Shown here: in pieces, positions 28,625-39,978 of the stretch
Layout: each line of letters opens with the position of its first letter
Position numbering within the stretch: position 1 is the stretch's first letter
Assembly: GCA_963666515.2 (NCBI GenBank)
Contig: OY762897.2
Span: 4,352,001 to 4,416,000 of the forward strand
Direction: 5' to 3'
Length of the DNA: 64,000 nt
DNA from: Candidatus Binatia bacterium
GTDB lineage: Bacteria; Desulfobacterota; Binatia; UBA9968; JAJDTQ01
Notes under the pieces: generated by a model
Told to the model about the DNA's origin: nothing
Seen by the model: the letters and a program-made list of their open reading frames with translations, nothing else
The model's database searches: none
Made by a program: the position numbers and the translations under genes

Positions 28625-29236
28625 ATGGCCATCAGGATAACGCGCGTGTACACCCGGACGGGCGACGACGGCACCACCGGCCTTGTGGGCGGGAAGCGGG
28701 CGCCCAAGGACTCCGCCCGGGTCGAGGCCTACGGCGCCATCGACGAGTTGAACGCGGTGGTGGGTCTGGTGCGCGCCTGGAACGAGCAGGGGAAGGGCGA
28801 ACGCGAGCTGCACCTCAAGCTCGACGCCATGCTCCAGGAGATCCAGCAGGAGCTGTTCGACCTGGGCAGCGAGTTGGCGACCCCCGAGGACTTCGGCTAC
28901 GACGGCATGCACAGGATGAGCGGGGACGAGGTGGCCCGCATCGAGCGGGTCATCGACGAGTGCCAGAAGGAGCTGCAGCCGCTCAAGTCGTTTACGCTGC
29001 CGGGAGGCGGCCCCATCAGCGCGCAGCTCCACCAGTGCCGCACGGTGTGCCGGCGGGCGGAGCGGGAGATCCTTAGGCTGTCGCGGATCGAGAGAGTCGG
29101 CGAGTGGCCGCTCAAGTACGTCAACCGCTTGAGCGACCTGTTCTACGTCCTGGGGCGATGGGTGGGCAAGAATCTCGGCGAGACCGAGTACCTCTGGCAA
29201 AGGGGACTGGCGAAGGGTTCGAAGCAGGACGCGTGA
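28625..29236 (+). CDS. PduO-type ATP:cob(I)alamin adenosyltransferase
   Basis: VYTRTGDDGTT, AYGAIDELN, RTVCRRAER, YVNRLSDLF. Confidence 0.92.
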   Translation: MAIRITRVYTRTGDDGTTGLVGGKRAPKDSARVEAYGAIDELNAVVGLVRAWNEQGKGERELHLKLDAMLQEIQQELFDLGSELATPEDFGYDGMHRMSGDEVARIERVIDECQKELQPLKSFTLPGGGPISAQLHQCRTVCRRAEREILRLSRIERVGEWPLKYVNRLSDLFYVLGRWVGKNLGETEYLWQRGLAKGSKQDA

Positions 29237-29285
29237 TGCGTCCCCGCGGGTTTCGCCGCCGGGAAGTCGTTGACGGGAGTCGGAG

Positions 29286-30059
29286 ATGTCGGGAATCCTT
29301 GAAGGCAAGAAGGCGCTGATCTTCGGCGTGGCCAATGACCGCAGCATCGCCTGGGCGGTGGCGCAGGAACTGCACGCCCAGGGGGCGGAGTTGGCCTTCA
29401 CCTACGCCGGGGAAGTGCTGGAGAAGCGCGTCCGGCCCCTGGCCGAGGGCATCGGCTCGAGCATCGTGCTGCCGTGCGACGTCACCCGGGACGAGGAGAT
29501 CGAGGCGGTCTTCGAGGCCGTCGGGCGTCAGTGGGACGGCCTCGACATCCTGATCCACGCCATTGCCTACGCCAAGAAGGAAGACCTGTCCCAGCCCTAC
29601 GTCGAGACCGGCCGCGAGGGGTTTCACACGGCGCTGGACATCAGCAGCTATTCGCTGGTGGCGCTCACGCGCCACGCCGCCCGGCTCATGAAGGGACGCG
29701 GCGGCGCGGTGGTGACGCTGACCTACATGGGGTCCGAGAAGGTGGTGCCCAACTACAACGTCATGGGCGTGGCCAAGGCGGCCCTGGAAGCCAGCGTCCG
29801 CTACCTCGCCCACGACCTCGGCCCGGAGGGGATACGGGTCAACGCCATCTCGGCCGGCCCGGTGAAGACCCTGGCGGCCGCCGGCATCGCCGGCTTCCGG
29901 GACATGCTCCGCTACGCGAGCGAGCGAGCGCCGCTCAAGCGCAACGTCGAACCCGCGGAGATCGGCCGGACGGCGGTGTATCTCGCGAGCGACCTGGGCA
30001 GCGGCGTGACCGGAGAGACGCTCCACGTCGATGCCGGCTACAACGTGATGGGCATGTGA
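29286..30059 (+). CDS. fabI: Enoyl-ACP reductase
   Basis: GVANDRSIAW, YNVMGVAKAALE, RVNAISAGPVKTLAA. Confidence 0.95.
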   Translation: MSGILEGKKALIFGVANDRSIAWAVAQELHAQGAELAFTYAGEVLEKRVRPLAEGIGSSIVLPCDVTRDEEIEAVFEAVGRQWDGLDILIHAIAYAKKEDLSQPYVETGREGFHTALDISSYSLVALTRHAARLMKGRGGAVVTLTYMGSEKVVPNYNVMGVAKAALEASVRYLAHDLGPEGIRVNAISAGPVKTLAAAGIAGFRDMLRYASERAPLKRNVEPAEIGRTAVYLASDLGSGVTGETLHVDAGYNVMGM

Positions 30060-30138
30060 GAACGCCGAATTCTCGAATCCGTCTGAAACCGGGCCCCGGT
30101 TCCGGCTTGGCCATGAAGAAACTGTAGGGAGAGAGACC

Positions 30139-30573
30139 GTGAAGGAGATTTCGCCGCAGGAAGCCTACGATACCATGCAGCAGGACGCCGAGGCCGTCTA
30201 CATCGACGTGCGCACGGTGGAGGAGTTCGCCGCCGGCCATCCCGAGGGCGCGGTCAACGTCCCCATCGCGTTCCTCGACCCGGCCCAGGGCATGGTGTTC
30301 AACCCGGACTTCGTCGAGGTGGTGGAGAAGCATTTCGCCAAGGACCGGAAGCTGCTGCTGGGCTGCAAGGCGGGTCCCCGGTCCAACAATGCCGCGAACG
30401 TCCTGGAGCAGCAGGGCTACCGGGACGTGGCCAGCGTGCGCGGCGGCTTCGGCGGCATGATCGACCCCTACGGGCAGGTGCTGGCCGAAGGCTGGGAAAG
30501 CCTGGGCCTGCCGGTGAGCCGGGACAACGGCGCGGGCACGAGCTACGAATCGCTGGCGGCTGAAAAAGGGTAA
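30139..30573 (+). CDS. Rhodanese-like domain protein
   Basis: IDVRTVEEFAAGHPEGAVNVP, active-site CKAGPRS. Confidence 0.85.
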   Translation: MKEISPQEAYDTMQQDAEAVYIDVRTVEEFAAGHPEGAVNVPIAFLDPAQGMVFNPDFVEVVEKHFAKDRKLLLGCKAGPRSNNAANVLEQQGYRDVASVRGGFGGMIDPYGQVLAEGWESLGLPVSRDNGAGTSYESLAAEKG

Positions 30574-30576
30574 CTC

Positions 30577-32658
30577 ATGGACACCTTCCACTCGTTCTAC
30601 ATCGGACTGGCCAACATCCTGCCGTTCTCCGCCGCGGGGCAGGACCCGTTCCTGTTCATGCTCATCGGCATCGCCATCGGGTTCGTCGTGGGCATCCTGC
30701 CGGGGCTCGGCGGCGCCACCACCCTGGCGCTCATGCTGCCGTTCATCTACAAGATGGACCCCACCACCGCGTTCGCGTTCCTGCTGGGCTCCAACGCGGT
30801 GACCGCCACCACCGGGGACATCACCTCGATTCTCTTCGGCGTGCCGGGGGAGGGCATCACCGCGGCCACCATCGTCGACGGCCATCCCATGGCGAAGAAG
30901 GGAGAGGCCGGCCGCGCCCTGGGGGCCGCGCTCATGAGCTCGCTGGTGGGGGCGGTCTTCGGCGCCTTCGCCCTGGCCCTGGCGATTCCCATCGTGCAGC
31001 CGCTGGTGCTGTCCATCGGCTCCTCCGAGTTCTTCATGCTCGCCCTCCTGGGGATCACCTTCGTGGCCTCCCTGAGCGGCGGCAACATCCTCAAGGGGCT
31101 GTGCACCGGCGCCTTCGGGCTGGTCCTTGCCACCATCGGCCTGGATCCCATCGAGAGCGTCCCGCGCTTCACCCTCGACCCGCTGATCGGCGAGGACGCG
31201 GCGCTCTTCCTGTGGGACGGCCTGTCGCTGGTGTCGGTCACCGTGGGCCTGTTCGCCATTCCCGAGATCATCGACCTGTCGGTCCAGGGCTCCAGCATCG
31301 CGCGCCAGAGCACCGGCAAGCTGGGCGGCGTCATGCAGGGCATCATCGACACCTTCCGCCACTGGAAGCTGGTGCTGGCTTGCAGCGCCATCGGCTCCTA
31401 CATCGGCCTCATACCGGGACTTGGCGGCGGACCGGCCCAGTGGGTGGCCTACGCCCACGCGGTGCAGAGCTCGCCGGGGGACAAGGACCGCTTCGGCAAG
31501 GGCGCCATCGAGGGCGTGCTCGGACCCGGCGCGGCCAACAACTCCAAGGAGGGCGGCTCGCTGGTCCCGACCATCGCGTTCGGGGTGCCTGGCAGCGTCT
31601 CCATGGCCATCCTGCTGGGCGCCTTCATCATCCAGGGCATCGTTCCCGGGCCCGACCTGCTCGACCCGGCCAAGCACCTGGACCTCACGTTCTCGTTCGT
31701 CTGGATCATCGTCGTCTCCAACATCATCACCGTGGCCGTGTGCCTGCTGTTCCTGAACCAGCTCGCCAAGATCACGTTCGTCAAGGGGACCTTGCTGATC
31801 CCGTTCCTGCTGCTGCTGATCTACCTGGGCGGCTTCGCCGTCAACAACGCCTTCGGCGACATCGTGATGGTGCTGATCTTCGGCGCGGTGGGATGGCTGA
31901 TGGTGCGCTTCGACTGGCAGCGGCCGCCGCTGCTGCTGGGACTGGTGCTTGGCGGCATCGCCGAGAACAACCTCTTCATCGCCACCAAGGTCTACGGCGC
32001 CGGATTCGTGCTGCGGCCGGGCGTGCTGTTCATCGCGCTGCTGATCGTCGCCGGACTGTGCTACCCCCTGTTCCAGGCCTGGCGGGAGAAGAAACGGGCC
32101 GAGCGGCACGAGGCGAGGTTCGAGGTGCCCGGCGTCACCAAGACCATGGAAGCCGTCTCGCGCAACGAGCGCGTGGCCAGCGGCGTCTTCGCCCTGTGCT
32201 TCGTCGCGCTGTTCGCCTACGTGCTGCGCGAGTGCTTCTGGGGCTTCGGCGCCGACGAGGAGCGCGCCGCGCTGTTCCCGGTGATCATCGGCCTGCCGGC
32301 CTTCGCCATCAGCATCGCGGTCTTCGTGAAGGAGATCGCCACCACCTCGAAGGTCGTGGTGCACGGCGAGGAGGGCGTGGAGGACGCCGAGGAGATCTCC
32401 CCCGAGGAGACCCGCCGGCGGACCCTGGCCATCAGCGCCTGGGTGGTGGGATTCTTCCTCTCCATCTGGTTGATCGGGTTCGTGTGGTCGTCGCTGGTGG
32501 CGACCTTCCTCTACCTCAGGTTCGGCGCCCGCGAAGGCTGGCTCATCACCGTCATCCTGACGGCGGCGGCCTACGTTTTCTTCGCCGGCATCTTCGACTG
32601 GCTCCTGGTCCTGCCGTTCCCGCCCGGCGACCTTTTCGTCTGGCTGGGGCTGGATTGA
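30577..32658 (+). CDS. TctA permease with fused TctB-like C-terminal domain
   Basis: GILPGLG, DGHPMAKKGEAGRALG, AANNSKEGG; extra ~170 aa with several TMs ending LPFPPG. Confidence 0.85.
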   Translation: MDTFHSFYIGLANILPFSAAGQDPFLFMLIGIAIGFVVGILPGLGGATTLALMLPFIYKMDPTTAFAFLLGSNAVTATTGDITSILFGVPGEGITAATIVDGHPMAKKGEAGRALGAALMSSLVGAVFGAFALALAIPIVQPLVLSIGSSEFFMLALLGITFVASLSGGNILKGLCTGAFGLVLATIGLDPIESVPRFTLDPLIGEDAALFLWDGLSLVSVTVGLFAIPEIIDLSVQGSSIARQSTGKLGGVMQGIIDTFRHWKLVLACSAIGSYIGLIPGLGGGPAQWVAYAHAVQSSPGDKDRFGKGAIEGVLGPGAANNSKEGGSLVPTIAFGVPGSVSMAILLGAFIIQGIVPGPDLLDPAKHLDLTFSFVWIIVVSNIITVAVCLLFLNQLAKITFVKGTLLIPFLLLLIYLGGFAVNNAFGDIVMVLIFGAVGWLMVRFDWQRPPLLLGLVLGGIAENNLFIATKVYGAGFVLRPGVLFIALLIVAGLCYPLFQAWREKKRAERHEARFEVPGVTKTMEAVSRNERVASGVFALCFVALFAYVLRECFWGFGADEERAALFPVIIGLPAFAISIAVFVKEIATTSKVVVHGEEGVEDAEEISPEETRRRTLAISAWVVGFFLSIWLIGFVWSSLVATFLYLRFGAREGWLITVILTAAAYVFFAGIFDWLLVLPFPPGDLFVWLGLD

Positions 32659-32711
32659 GGGCGGTGGGGCGTGCATTGACCCCGTCCGGGGCGTCGGATA
32701 GGATTTGAGAT

Positions 32712-34082
32712 ATGCGGAAGGCCCTTCACTGCCTGGCCGTGCTCCTGCTGGCATGCTACGCTGGCGCGCTTCTCGGCGTACCTTCCGCCTACGCCCTTTC
32801 CCAGGACGAGGAGATCCGCATCAGCCGCCAGTTCCGGCGTGAGGCCCGCCAGCGCCTCAAGTTCATCGAGGATCCCGAGGTCGAGCTGTACGTCGCCCGG
32901 ATCGGCCGCCGCATCCTCGACGCGGTGGGCAACACCCGGTATCCGTACCGCTTTTTCGTCATCGAGGACTCATCGATGAACGCGTTCGCCGTGCCCGGGG
33001 GCAGCATCTTCGTCCACTCGGGACTCATCAAGAGGGTGGAGACCTCGGACGAGCTGGCCTCGGTGGTCGCCCACGAGATCGTCCACGTGAACGCGCGGCA
33101 CTTCGCCACCCTGTCTTCCGCGAGCGACACGACCATGCTGCTCGGAATGCTCGGCGTGTTCCTGGCCCCGGTCCTGGGGCCCGCGGCCCTTGCCGGCCCC
33201 GCCGTCGCCATGACCCAGCAGCTCGAGTTCAGCCGGCAGATGGAGGAGCAGGCGGACAACCTGGGCGTGGGCTACCTGGCGCGCGCGGGCTACGACCCCG
33301 ACGCCGCGGTGAGCTTCATGAAGCGGATGTATCGCGAGCGGATTCTCAACCCCGTGGGAAGACCCTCCTACCTGCTGACGCACCCCCTGACCCGGAAACG
33401 CATCGCCAACCTGACGGCATCCATCCGGGCTCTCGGTCTCACGCGCCCCCGTTTCAAGGACGCCGACAGGATCGAGCGGGTCAAGCTGTTGATCGAGCTG
33501 CGGAACGAGCCGGAACGGGTGGTCGAGCGGTTGAGGAAGGCCCATGAGCGCCGTCCGGAAGCGCCCGGCCCGGCGCATTCGCTGGGCCTCGCCTACGTCG
33601 CCACCGGGCGATGGATTCGGGCGCGGGACATGCTGGAACGCGCCGCCCGGTCGAAGGCGGCCCTCCCGGACCTGGATCGGGACCTGGGACGGGTGTACCT
33701 CCACACCGAAGAGTTCGCCAAGGCTCATGCCTCCTTTGATCGAGCGCTGGACCGGGAGCCGGACGATCCCATCACCCACCTCTACCGGGGACGTCTCCTC
33801 GAAAAGGAGTCCCGCTTCCGGCAGGCGGCGCGTTCGTACCTGAGGGTGCGTCAGCTCGCGCCGTTCTGGCCCGAGGCCGCCCGGCGGCTGGGCTACGCCT
33901 ACCGCAAGCTGAACCAGCCCGGGAAAGCACATTACTATCTGGCGCAGTCGTACCTGCTTCGGGACGAGACCGGCAAGGCCGTGGATTCTCTCGAGCGCGC
34001 AGCCCAGCAATACGAGCCGGACTCGCCCAGACGGCGGGTGATCAAGGACGAGATCGCCGCCATACGGGCCGGAAGCCTGTAG
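32712..34082 (+). CDS. M48 metalloprotease with TPRs (BepA/YfgC-like)
   Basis: NAFAVPGG, HEIVH zinc motif, YLLTHP, C-terminal TPR-like helices. Confidence 0.88.
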   Translation: MRKALHCLAVLLLACYAGALLGVPSAYALSQDEEIRISRQFRREARQRLKFIEDPEVELYVARIGRRILDAVGNTRYPYRFFVIEDSSMNAFAVPGGSIFVHSGLIKRVETSDELASVVAHEIVHVNARHFATLSSASDTTMLLGMLGVFLAPVLGPAALAGPAVAMTQQLEFSRQMEEQADNLGVGYLARAGYDPDAAVSFMKRMYRERILNPVGRPSYLLTHPLTRKRIANLTASIRALGLTRPRFKDADRIERVKLLIELRNEPERVVERLRKAHERRPEAPGPAHSLGLAYVATGRWIRARDMLERAARSKAALPDLDRDLGRVYLHTEEFAKAHASFDRALDREPDDPITHLYRGRLLEKESRFRQAARSYLRVRQLAPFWPEAARRLGYAYRKLNQPGKAHYYLAQSYLLRDETGKAVDSLERAAQQYEPDSPRRRVIKDEIAAIRAGSL

Positions 34083-34085
34083 GCT

Positions 34086-34838
34086 TCAGTCGTCGAGGAC
34101 CTTGCGCAGGCGCTTGCGCGCCTGCACGTAGATCTGGCAGATCCTCCCTTCCGTCAGTCCCAACCGCTCTCCGATCTCCCTGAACTTGAGGTCCTGGTAG
34201 TGACGCAGGGTGACCACGACCCGTTGACGTTCCGGGAGCCCCGCCACCGCCCGTTTCAGCTTCTCCACCAAGTCCCGGCGCTCCACGCATACGGTGGGGT
34301 CCTCCTGGTAGAGTCTCCGCGCCGCCTCGACCCCTTCCAGGATCGCGTCCGGCCCGCCCCAGGACGGGTCGTCGAGGCTCAGCGACCCGTGTTCCCGGAT
34401 CCGGTAGTTGATCTTGTGATAGGTCGCCAGCGGCAGCCCCAGCTCCTTCGCCATCTCCTCGGAAGTGGCCTCGCGGCAGAGGTGGTCGCAGAGCTGCCTT
34501 CGGGTGGCGGCGACCCGGCGTCCCCAGGCCCGGATCGAACGGCTCACCCAGTCGAGGGAGCGCAGGCACTGGATCATCTCCCCGTAGATGCGGTGCCTGG
34601 CGTAGACGTGGAACGAGACCTCTCGCTCGGGATCGTACCGCTCCAGGGCCTCCAGCAGGCCCACCACGCCGGAGTTGACCAGCGCCACGGGGTCGTGGCC
34701 GGCCGGCAACCGGCGATGGAGCTGATGGGCCAGGCGTTCGACGAGCGGCAGGAACTTGGCGACGACGTCTTCCGGAGAGTCGTCCCGCTCCACCACCGGC
34801 CAGGTTGCCGGTCCGGCCCCGGATGGCGGCTCCTTCAT
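34086..34838 (-). CDS. FliA/WhiG-family sigma-70 factor
   Basis: GVVGLLEALERYDP, RIYGEM..LRSLDWVSRS, region 4 IGERLGLTEGRICQI; start uncertain. Confidence 0.85.
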   Translation of the reverse strand: MKEPPSGAGPATWPVVERDDSPEDVVAKFLPLVERLAHQLHRRLPAGHDPVALVNSGVVGLLEALERYDPEREVSFHVYARHRIYGEMIQCLRSLDWVSRSIRAWGRRVAATRRQLCDHLCREATSEEMAKELGLPLATYHKINYRIREHGSLSLDDPSWGGPDAILEGVEAARRLYQEDPTVCVERRDLVEKLKRAVAGLPERQRVVVTLRHYQDLKFREIGERLGLTEGRICQIYVQARKRLRKVLDD

Positions 34839-35003
34839 GAACGGACATGAAGGCAACAGCCATGCCAGCGGCGGGAAGGGGTCGAGAACCGAGAGACCAC
34901 CGGCACTTAGCGCGGGCCGGAGGAAGGGACCCGCCGCCGGCGGGTGTCAACAGGCGGGAACGGCCGTCAACCCGCCGCCGGTCGCCGGTCGGCGGTGCGC
35001 CCG

Positions 35004-37409
35004 TCAGCGGTAAAGCTCCATCAGCTCCACCAGGCCGAGGGTGCGCATCTCGCTGAAGAGATAGCGCTTGATCTGATCGACCCGGTCCATCCCCAGGGCC
35101 GTCCGTCCGATGGCGCGCGCCCTCTCGTAGCTCACGGAGCGCACCAGCTTTCGGACCACCGGAATGGACAGGGACTCCATGCTGAACTCCTCGAGGCCCA
35201 TGCCCATCAGCAGGAGGGTGGAAAGCGGGTCTCCGGCCATCTCCCCGCACATGGCGACGCGTTTGCCCTTGTCCTTGGCCGCCCGGATGACCTGGTTGAG
35301 CGCCGCCAGCACCGCCGGGTGGAAGGGCTCGTAGAGCGACGCCACCTTGCGGTTCCCGCGGTCGACGGCCAGCAGGTACTGGATCAGGTCGTTGGTGCCG
35401 ATGCTGACGAAGTCCACTTCCTCCATCAGCCGGTGCGCGGTCTGGACCGCGGAGGGCACCTCGACCATGATGCCCAGCTCCATGTCGCCGTCGAAGGGTA
35501 TGCGGTTCCGGGCGAGGTCGGCCTCGACTTCCCGGAGGATGGCCTTGACCCGGAGGATCTCCTCCAGACTCGACACCATGGGGATCAGGAGGCGCACCGG
35601 CCCCAATGCCCCGGCGCGCAGGATCGCCCGGAGCTGCATCTCGAAAGTCTCGGACGCCTCCAGGGAGACGCGGATGGAACGCCAACCGAGGAACGGGTTG
35701 GGCTCGGAGCGGGCGATGCTCACGTAAGGGGGATACTTGTCCGCGCCGATGTCGAGGGTGCGGATGGTGACCGGCTTGCCGTCCATGCCCTCCACCACCT
35801 TCTGGTAGAGGGCGAACTGCTGCGCCTCGGTGGGGAAGTCGTGATAGGCCAGAAACGGGATCTCGGTGCGGTAGAGGCCGATGCCTTCCGCGCCGTGGGT
35901 CTGCGCGAACCGGATGTCCGTCAGCAGCCCCATGTTGGCGAACAGGCGGACCCGGTGGCCGTCGGTGGTCTCGGCCGGCAGATCGCGCATTTCGTCCAGC
36001 TCGCGGTTGACCGCGAGGTAGTGGCGCTCCATGCGGTCGTACTCGCCGATGATGTCCTGGTTGGGGTTGACGAACACGACCCCGGAGTTGCCGTCGACGA
36101 TCAGCGAATCCTCTTTCCGCACGCTTTCCAGCAGCCCCTCCGCGGCCACCACGGTGGGAATCTCGAAGGACTTGGCCAGGAGCGACGCATGGGAGGTGAC
36201 GCCGCCGGTGGCGAGCACGATGCCCTGGAAGCGGTCGCCTTCGATGAGCGCCAGGTCCGCGGGCCAGAGGTCTTCGGCGACCAGGATGGCCCCTCCCTCC
36301 GGCGCCACGAGCCGCTTTTCCTCGGCGCCCGAGAGGTTGTCCAGCAGCCGCTGGGCGACGTCGCGGATGTCCGCGGTGCGCTCCTTCAGGTACCGGTCGC
36401 CGACTTCGCTGACGGTCCGCATGTGTCTGCGGAAGGTGCTGCTGACGGCGTAGTACGCGGTCAGGTGTTCCTTGAGGATGCGGCTTTCGATCTCGTTCTG
36501 CAGCACCGGGTCGTCCAGCACCATCCGGTGCACGTCGAAGATGGCCCCGGCCTCGTCGGAGATGAGGACGCTCATGCGCGTCTTGATCTCTTCCACCTGG
36601 GTCACGGCCAGCCGCACCGCGGAACGGAAACGATCGAGCTCGCCCCGGGGATCGCCGGTGTGGGCCTTGCGGACGGCGTCCAGGTCCATGCGCCGGTGCA
36701 TGAGGTGGGCCTTGCCGTAGGCGAAGCCGGGGCAGGCCGCGAGCCCGGTCAGGCGGCTGCGGAACTTTCGCTGGGGCTCGCTGGTGCGTTCCTTTCCCCT
36801 GCCCTCGTAAGAGCGCAGCCGCCGCAGCGCGGTGACCATGCGCTGCCGCGACTGCTTGCGCTCGCGCTCCTTGTCCTTGAGAGAGTCCACCAGCCGGGCG
36901 TGCACGATGATGGTGGCGACCTGGGCGGAGATGGCCTTAAGGAGACGGGCCTCCTCGGGCGTGAACTCGCGCGGACGGGAGGTCTGCACCACCAGGACGC
37001 CGATGGGGGTCTTGCGGGTGCTGACCGGGACCCCGAAGAAGGAGTGGTAGCGTTCTTCGCCGGTCTCCGGGAAGTACAGGAAGCGCGGATCCGACGGAGC
37101 GTCCACGACCATCACCGGCTCGCCGGTCTCCACCACGAACCCCGCCAGGCCCTCGCCCACCGGTATCGAGACGCGCCCCACGGCCGCCGGTTCCAGGCCC
37201 CGGGTGGCGCTGAGCGTCAACCTGCCGCCGTCGGCGTCGAGGAGATAGACCGAGCAGACCTCGGTCTGCATCCGTTTGGCCACGATGCCGGCAATGCTGT
37301 TGAGGCATCCCTGCAGGTCGCCGGCTTCGTCGACGAAGCGGCTGATCTCTTCCAGGGTGACGAGGTGGGAGGCGTCGTCGTCGGCCGCGATGTCGGGTAC
37401 GTGGAGCAT
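35004..37409 (-). CDS. ptsP: GAF-containing PEP-protein phosphotransferase (EI-Ntr)
   Basis: N-terminal GAF ([18 protein letters not shown]), GGVTSHASL phospho-His, [27 protein letters not shown]. Confidence 0.93.
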   Translation of the reverse strand: MLHVPDIAADDDASHLVTLEEISRFVDEAGDLQGCLNSIAGIVAKRMQTEVCSVYLLDADGGRLTLSATRGLEPAAVGRVSIPVGEGLAGFVVETGEPVMVVDAPSDPRFLYFPETGEERYHSFFGVPVSTRKTPIGVLVVQTSRPREFTPEEARLLKAISAQVATIIVHARLVDSLKDKERERKQSRQRMVTALRRLRSYEGRGKERTSEPQRKFRSRLTGLAACPGFAYGKAHLMHRRMDLDAVRKAHTGDPRGELDRFRSAVRLAVTQVEEIKTRMSVLISDEAGAIFDVHRMVLDDPVLQNEIESRILKEHLTAYYAVSSTFRRHMRTVSEVGDRYLKERTADIRDVAQRLLDNLSGAEEKRLVAPEGGAILVAEDLWPADLALIEGDRFQGIVLATGGVTSHASLLAKSFEIPTVVAAEGLLESVRKEDSLIVDGNSGVVFVNPNQDIIGEYDRMERHYLAVNRELDEMRDLPAETTDGHRVRLFANMGLLTDIRFAQTHGAEGIGLYRTEIPFLAYHDFPTEAQQFALYQKVVEGMDGKPVTIRTLDIGADKYPPYVSIARSEPNPFLGWRSIRVSLEASETFEMQLRAILRAGALGPVRLLIPMVSSLEEILRVKAILREVEADLARNRIPFDGDMELGIMVEVPSAVQTAHRLMEEVDFVSIGTNDLIQYLLAVDRGNRKVASLYEPFHPAVLAALNQVIRAAKDKGKRVAMCGEMAGDPLSTLLLMGMGLEEFSMESLSIPVVRKLVRSVSYERARAIGRTALGMDRVDQIKRYLFSEMRTLGLVELMELYR

Positions 37410-37513
37410 GGTTTCATTCCAGCACACTATCGGTTTGGGGGTCAATCGCAGCGCCGCGGCGGCGTTGCGGAGGCCGATTTGACCCGCTTTGGGGCAGATG
37501 TTACGTTGCCCCG

Positions 37514-38113
37514 ATGTCCGTTCAAAGCCTTGCCGAGAGCGCCGGGAGACCGGCGGATTCCCTGGAAGCGCACGTGAGAGCCATCCTGGCGGCGGTCGGG
37601 GAAGACCCCGACAGGGAGGGCCTGGAGAAGACGCCGGCGCGGGTGGCGGCGGCCTGGAGATATCTGACCAGCGGCTATGAGGAGGACCCGGCCGACATCA
37701 TCAACGGCGCCCTTTTCACCGAAGACTACCAGGAGATGATCGTCGAGAAGGACATCGACTTCTATTCCCTCTGCGAGCATCACATGCTGCCTTTCCACGG
37801 CAAGGCCCACGTGGCCTACATCCCGCGCCGGCAGATCGTCGGCGTTTCCAAGCTCGCACGCCTGGTGGACGCCTACGCGCGCCGCCTGCAGGTCCAGGAG
37901 CGGCTCACCAACCAGATCGCCAATACCGTCATGGAGCGCATCAACCCCCTGGGAGCCGCGGTGGTGATGGAGGCCGAGCACATGTGCATGCGCATGCGCG
38001 GCGTCCAGAAACAGAACTCCACCATCGTGACCAGCTCGCTGCTGGGAGCCTTCCGCACACAGGAGAAGACTCGCGCCGAGTTCATGAACCTCATTCGCGG
38101 CAACCGCTTCTGA
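37514..38113 (+). CDS. folE: GTP cyclohydrolase I
   Basis: [29 protein letters not shown]. Confidence 0.95.
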   Translation: MSVQSLAESAGRPADSLEAHVRAILAAVGEDPDREGLEKTPARVAAAWRYLTSGYEEDPADIINGALFTEDYQEMIVEKDIDFYSLCEHHMLPFHGKAHVAYIPRRQIVGVSKLARLVDAYARRLQVQERLTNQIANTVMERINPLGAAVVMEAEHMCMRMRGVQKQNSTIVTSSLLGAFRTQEKTRAEFMNLIRGNRF

Positions 38114-38122
38114 GCCACGTTC

Positions 38123-39601
38123 ATGGAAATCAAGCTGAGAGAGATCGCCCCCTCGCGGGTCCGCACGGCCCTGCTGGCGGTGCCGGTGACGGACAAGGTT
38201 CTGGGAGAGGGTCTGGCGCGGCGTCTCGACCGCCAGCTCAAGGGCCGGCTGGACGCGCTGGTGAAGCGGAGCGGCTTCGTCGCCAGGCGCGGGACGTCGC
38301 TGCTGGCGGCGACCCACGGCGCGATGCCGGCGGGCCACGTGCTGCTGGTGGGACTGGGCAAGCACGGCGAGGAGGGGCCCCATGCCTGGCGCTTGGCCGG
38401 CGCCGTCGCCGCCAGGGAGGCCGGGCGGATCTGGGCCGACGAGGCGACCTTCATGCTGCCCCCGGACCAGCAGACGGAGTCCGTCGCGGGCGCGGTCGCC
38501 GAGGGCGCCCTGCTGAACGCCTACCGCTTCACCAAGTACCGCTCCAACGGCAACCAGGCGGGACGGCTGCGCGCGCTGGTCCTCGGGCGCACGGCGTCGG
38601 GGAGGAGCGCCGCGTTGAACCGGGCGGTGAAGCGCGCCCGGCTCTCGGCGTCGGCGGTCTGTCTCGCCCGGGACTTGGTGAACGAACCGCCGTCCACCGC
38701 CACCGCCAGCTACCTGTCGGAGCAGGCCGCGGCTCACTGCCGCGGCGAGGGGCTCAAGGTGGAGGTGTGGGGCAAGCGGAAGATCGAGCGGATGAAGCTG
38801 GCCGGCCTGCTGGCGGTCAACCAGGGCAGTCTGGAGGAGCCGCGTTTCATCCACATGCGCTACCGGCCCGGGGGCCGCCCGCAAAGGAAGGTCGCCCTCA
38901 TCGGCAAGGGGATCACCTTCGATTCCGGCGGCCTTTCCCTCAAGCCGGCGCGGTCCATGGAGACCATGAAGCTGGACATGGCGGGGGCGGCCGCGGTCAT
39001 CGGCGTGATGAGCGCGCTGCCCGAGCTGGCGCCCGACGCCGAGGTGCTCGGCTTGGTGCCGGCCACGGACAACCTGCCGGACGGCGGCGCGCAGAAACCC
39101 GGCGACGTCATCCGGTACCCCAACGGCAAGACCGTCGAGGTCATGAACACCGATGCCGAGGGGAGGCTCATCCTGGCGGACGCCCTGACCCTGGCGGCCC
39201 GCGAGAAGCCCGACTGCATGATCAACCTGGCGACCCTGACCGGCGCCTGCGTCGTCGCCCTGGGCAACGAGCTGGCGGGGCTCTTCAGCAACGACGGCGA
39301 TCTCGCGGAGAAGCTCATCGAATGCGGGCGCGGCGCCGGCGAGACCCTTTGGCGGCTGCCGCTGGCGGCCGAGTACCGCGAGGACATCAAGAGTCACGTG
39401 GCCGACATCAAGAACGTCGGAGGGAACGGCGCCGGGGCCATCACCGCGGCGTTGTTCCTGCAGGAGTTCGTCGACGAGGTTCCTTGGGCGCACCTGGACA
39501 TCGCCGGCCCCGCGTTTGCGGCCAAGGACCACGTCACCTGCCCGAAAGGGGGGACGGGGTTCGGGGTGCGGACCCTGTTGAACCTTCTCTCCGAAGGCTA
39601 G
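38123..39601 (+). CDS. pepA: Leucyl aminopeptidase (M17)
   Basis: GKGITFDSGG, MKLDMAG, NTDAEGRL, ATLTGA. Confidence 0.93.
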   Translation: MEIKLREIAPSRVRTALLAVPVTDKVLGEGLARRLDRQLKGRLDALVKRSGFVARRGTSLLAATHGAMPAGHVLLVGLGKHGEEGPHAWRLAGAVAAREAGRIWADEATFMLPPDQQTESVAGAVAEGALLNAYRFTKYRSNGNQAGRLRALVLGRTASGRSAALNRAVKRARLSASAVCLARDLVNEPPSTATASYLSEQAAAHCRGEGLKVEVWGKRKIERMKLAGLLAVNQGSLEEPRFIHMRYRPGGRPQRKVALIGKGITFDSGGLSLKPARSMETMKLDMAGAAAVIGVMSALPELAPDAEVLGLVPATDNLPDGGAQKPGDVIRYPNGKTVEVMNTDAEGRLILADALTLAAREKPDCMINLATLTGACVVALGNELAGLFSNDGDLAEKLIECGRGAGETLWRLPLAAEYREDIKSHVADIKNVGGNGAGAITAALFLQEFVDEVPWAHLDIAGPAFAAKDHVTCPKGGTGFGVRTLLNLLSEG

Positions 39602-39628
39602 CCGGATCGGAAAGGGAGGCACGTCTCG

Positions 39629-39952
39629 ATGGAAATATCCCATGTAGCGGACAGCGAGTTCGAAGCCGAGGTCATTGGCGCGTCCACACCCGTGCTGGTG
39701 GACTTCTGGGCCCCCTGGTGCGGCCCCTGCAAGTCCATCGCGCCGGTGCTGGAAGAGCTGGCGCGGGAATACGACGGCAGGCTCAAGGTGGTGAAGATCA
39801 ACGTGGACGAGAACCCGGAAACGCCCAGCCGCTACGGCGTGCGGGGCATCCCGAACCTGATGATCTTCAAGGAGGGGGGCCTTTCGGGCCAGATCGTGGG
39901 CGCGGCCCCCAAGGCCAGGCTTGTGAGCGAGATCGACAAGGCCCTGGGCTAG
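39629..39952 (+). CDS. trxA: Thioredoxin
   Basis: VDFWAPWCGPCK. Confidence 0.95.
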   Translation: MEISHVADSEFEAEVIGASTPVLVDFWAPWCGPCKSIAPVLEELAREYDGRLKVVKINVDENPETPSRYGVRGIPNLMIFKEGGLSGQIVGAAPKARLVSEIDKALG

Positions 39953-39978
39953 GGCGACCGCGGGCCGCCTCAGGGCCC

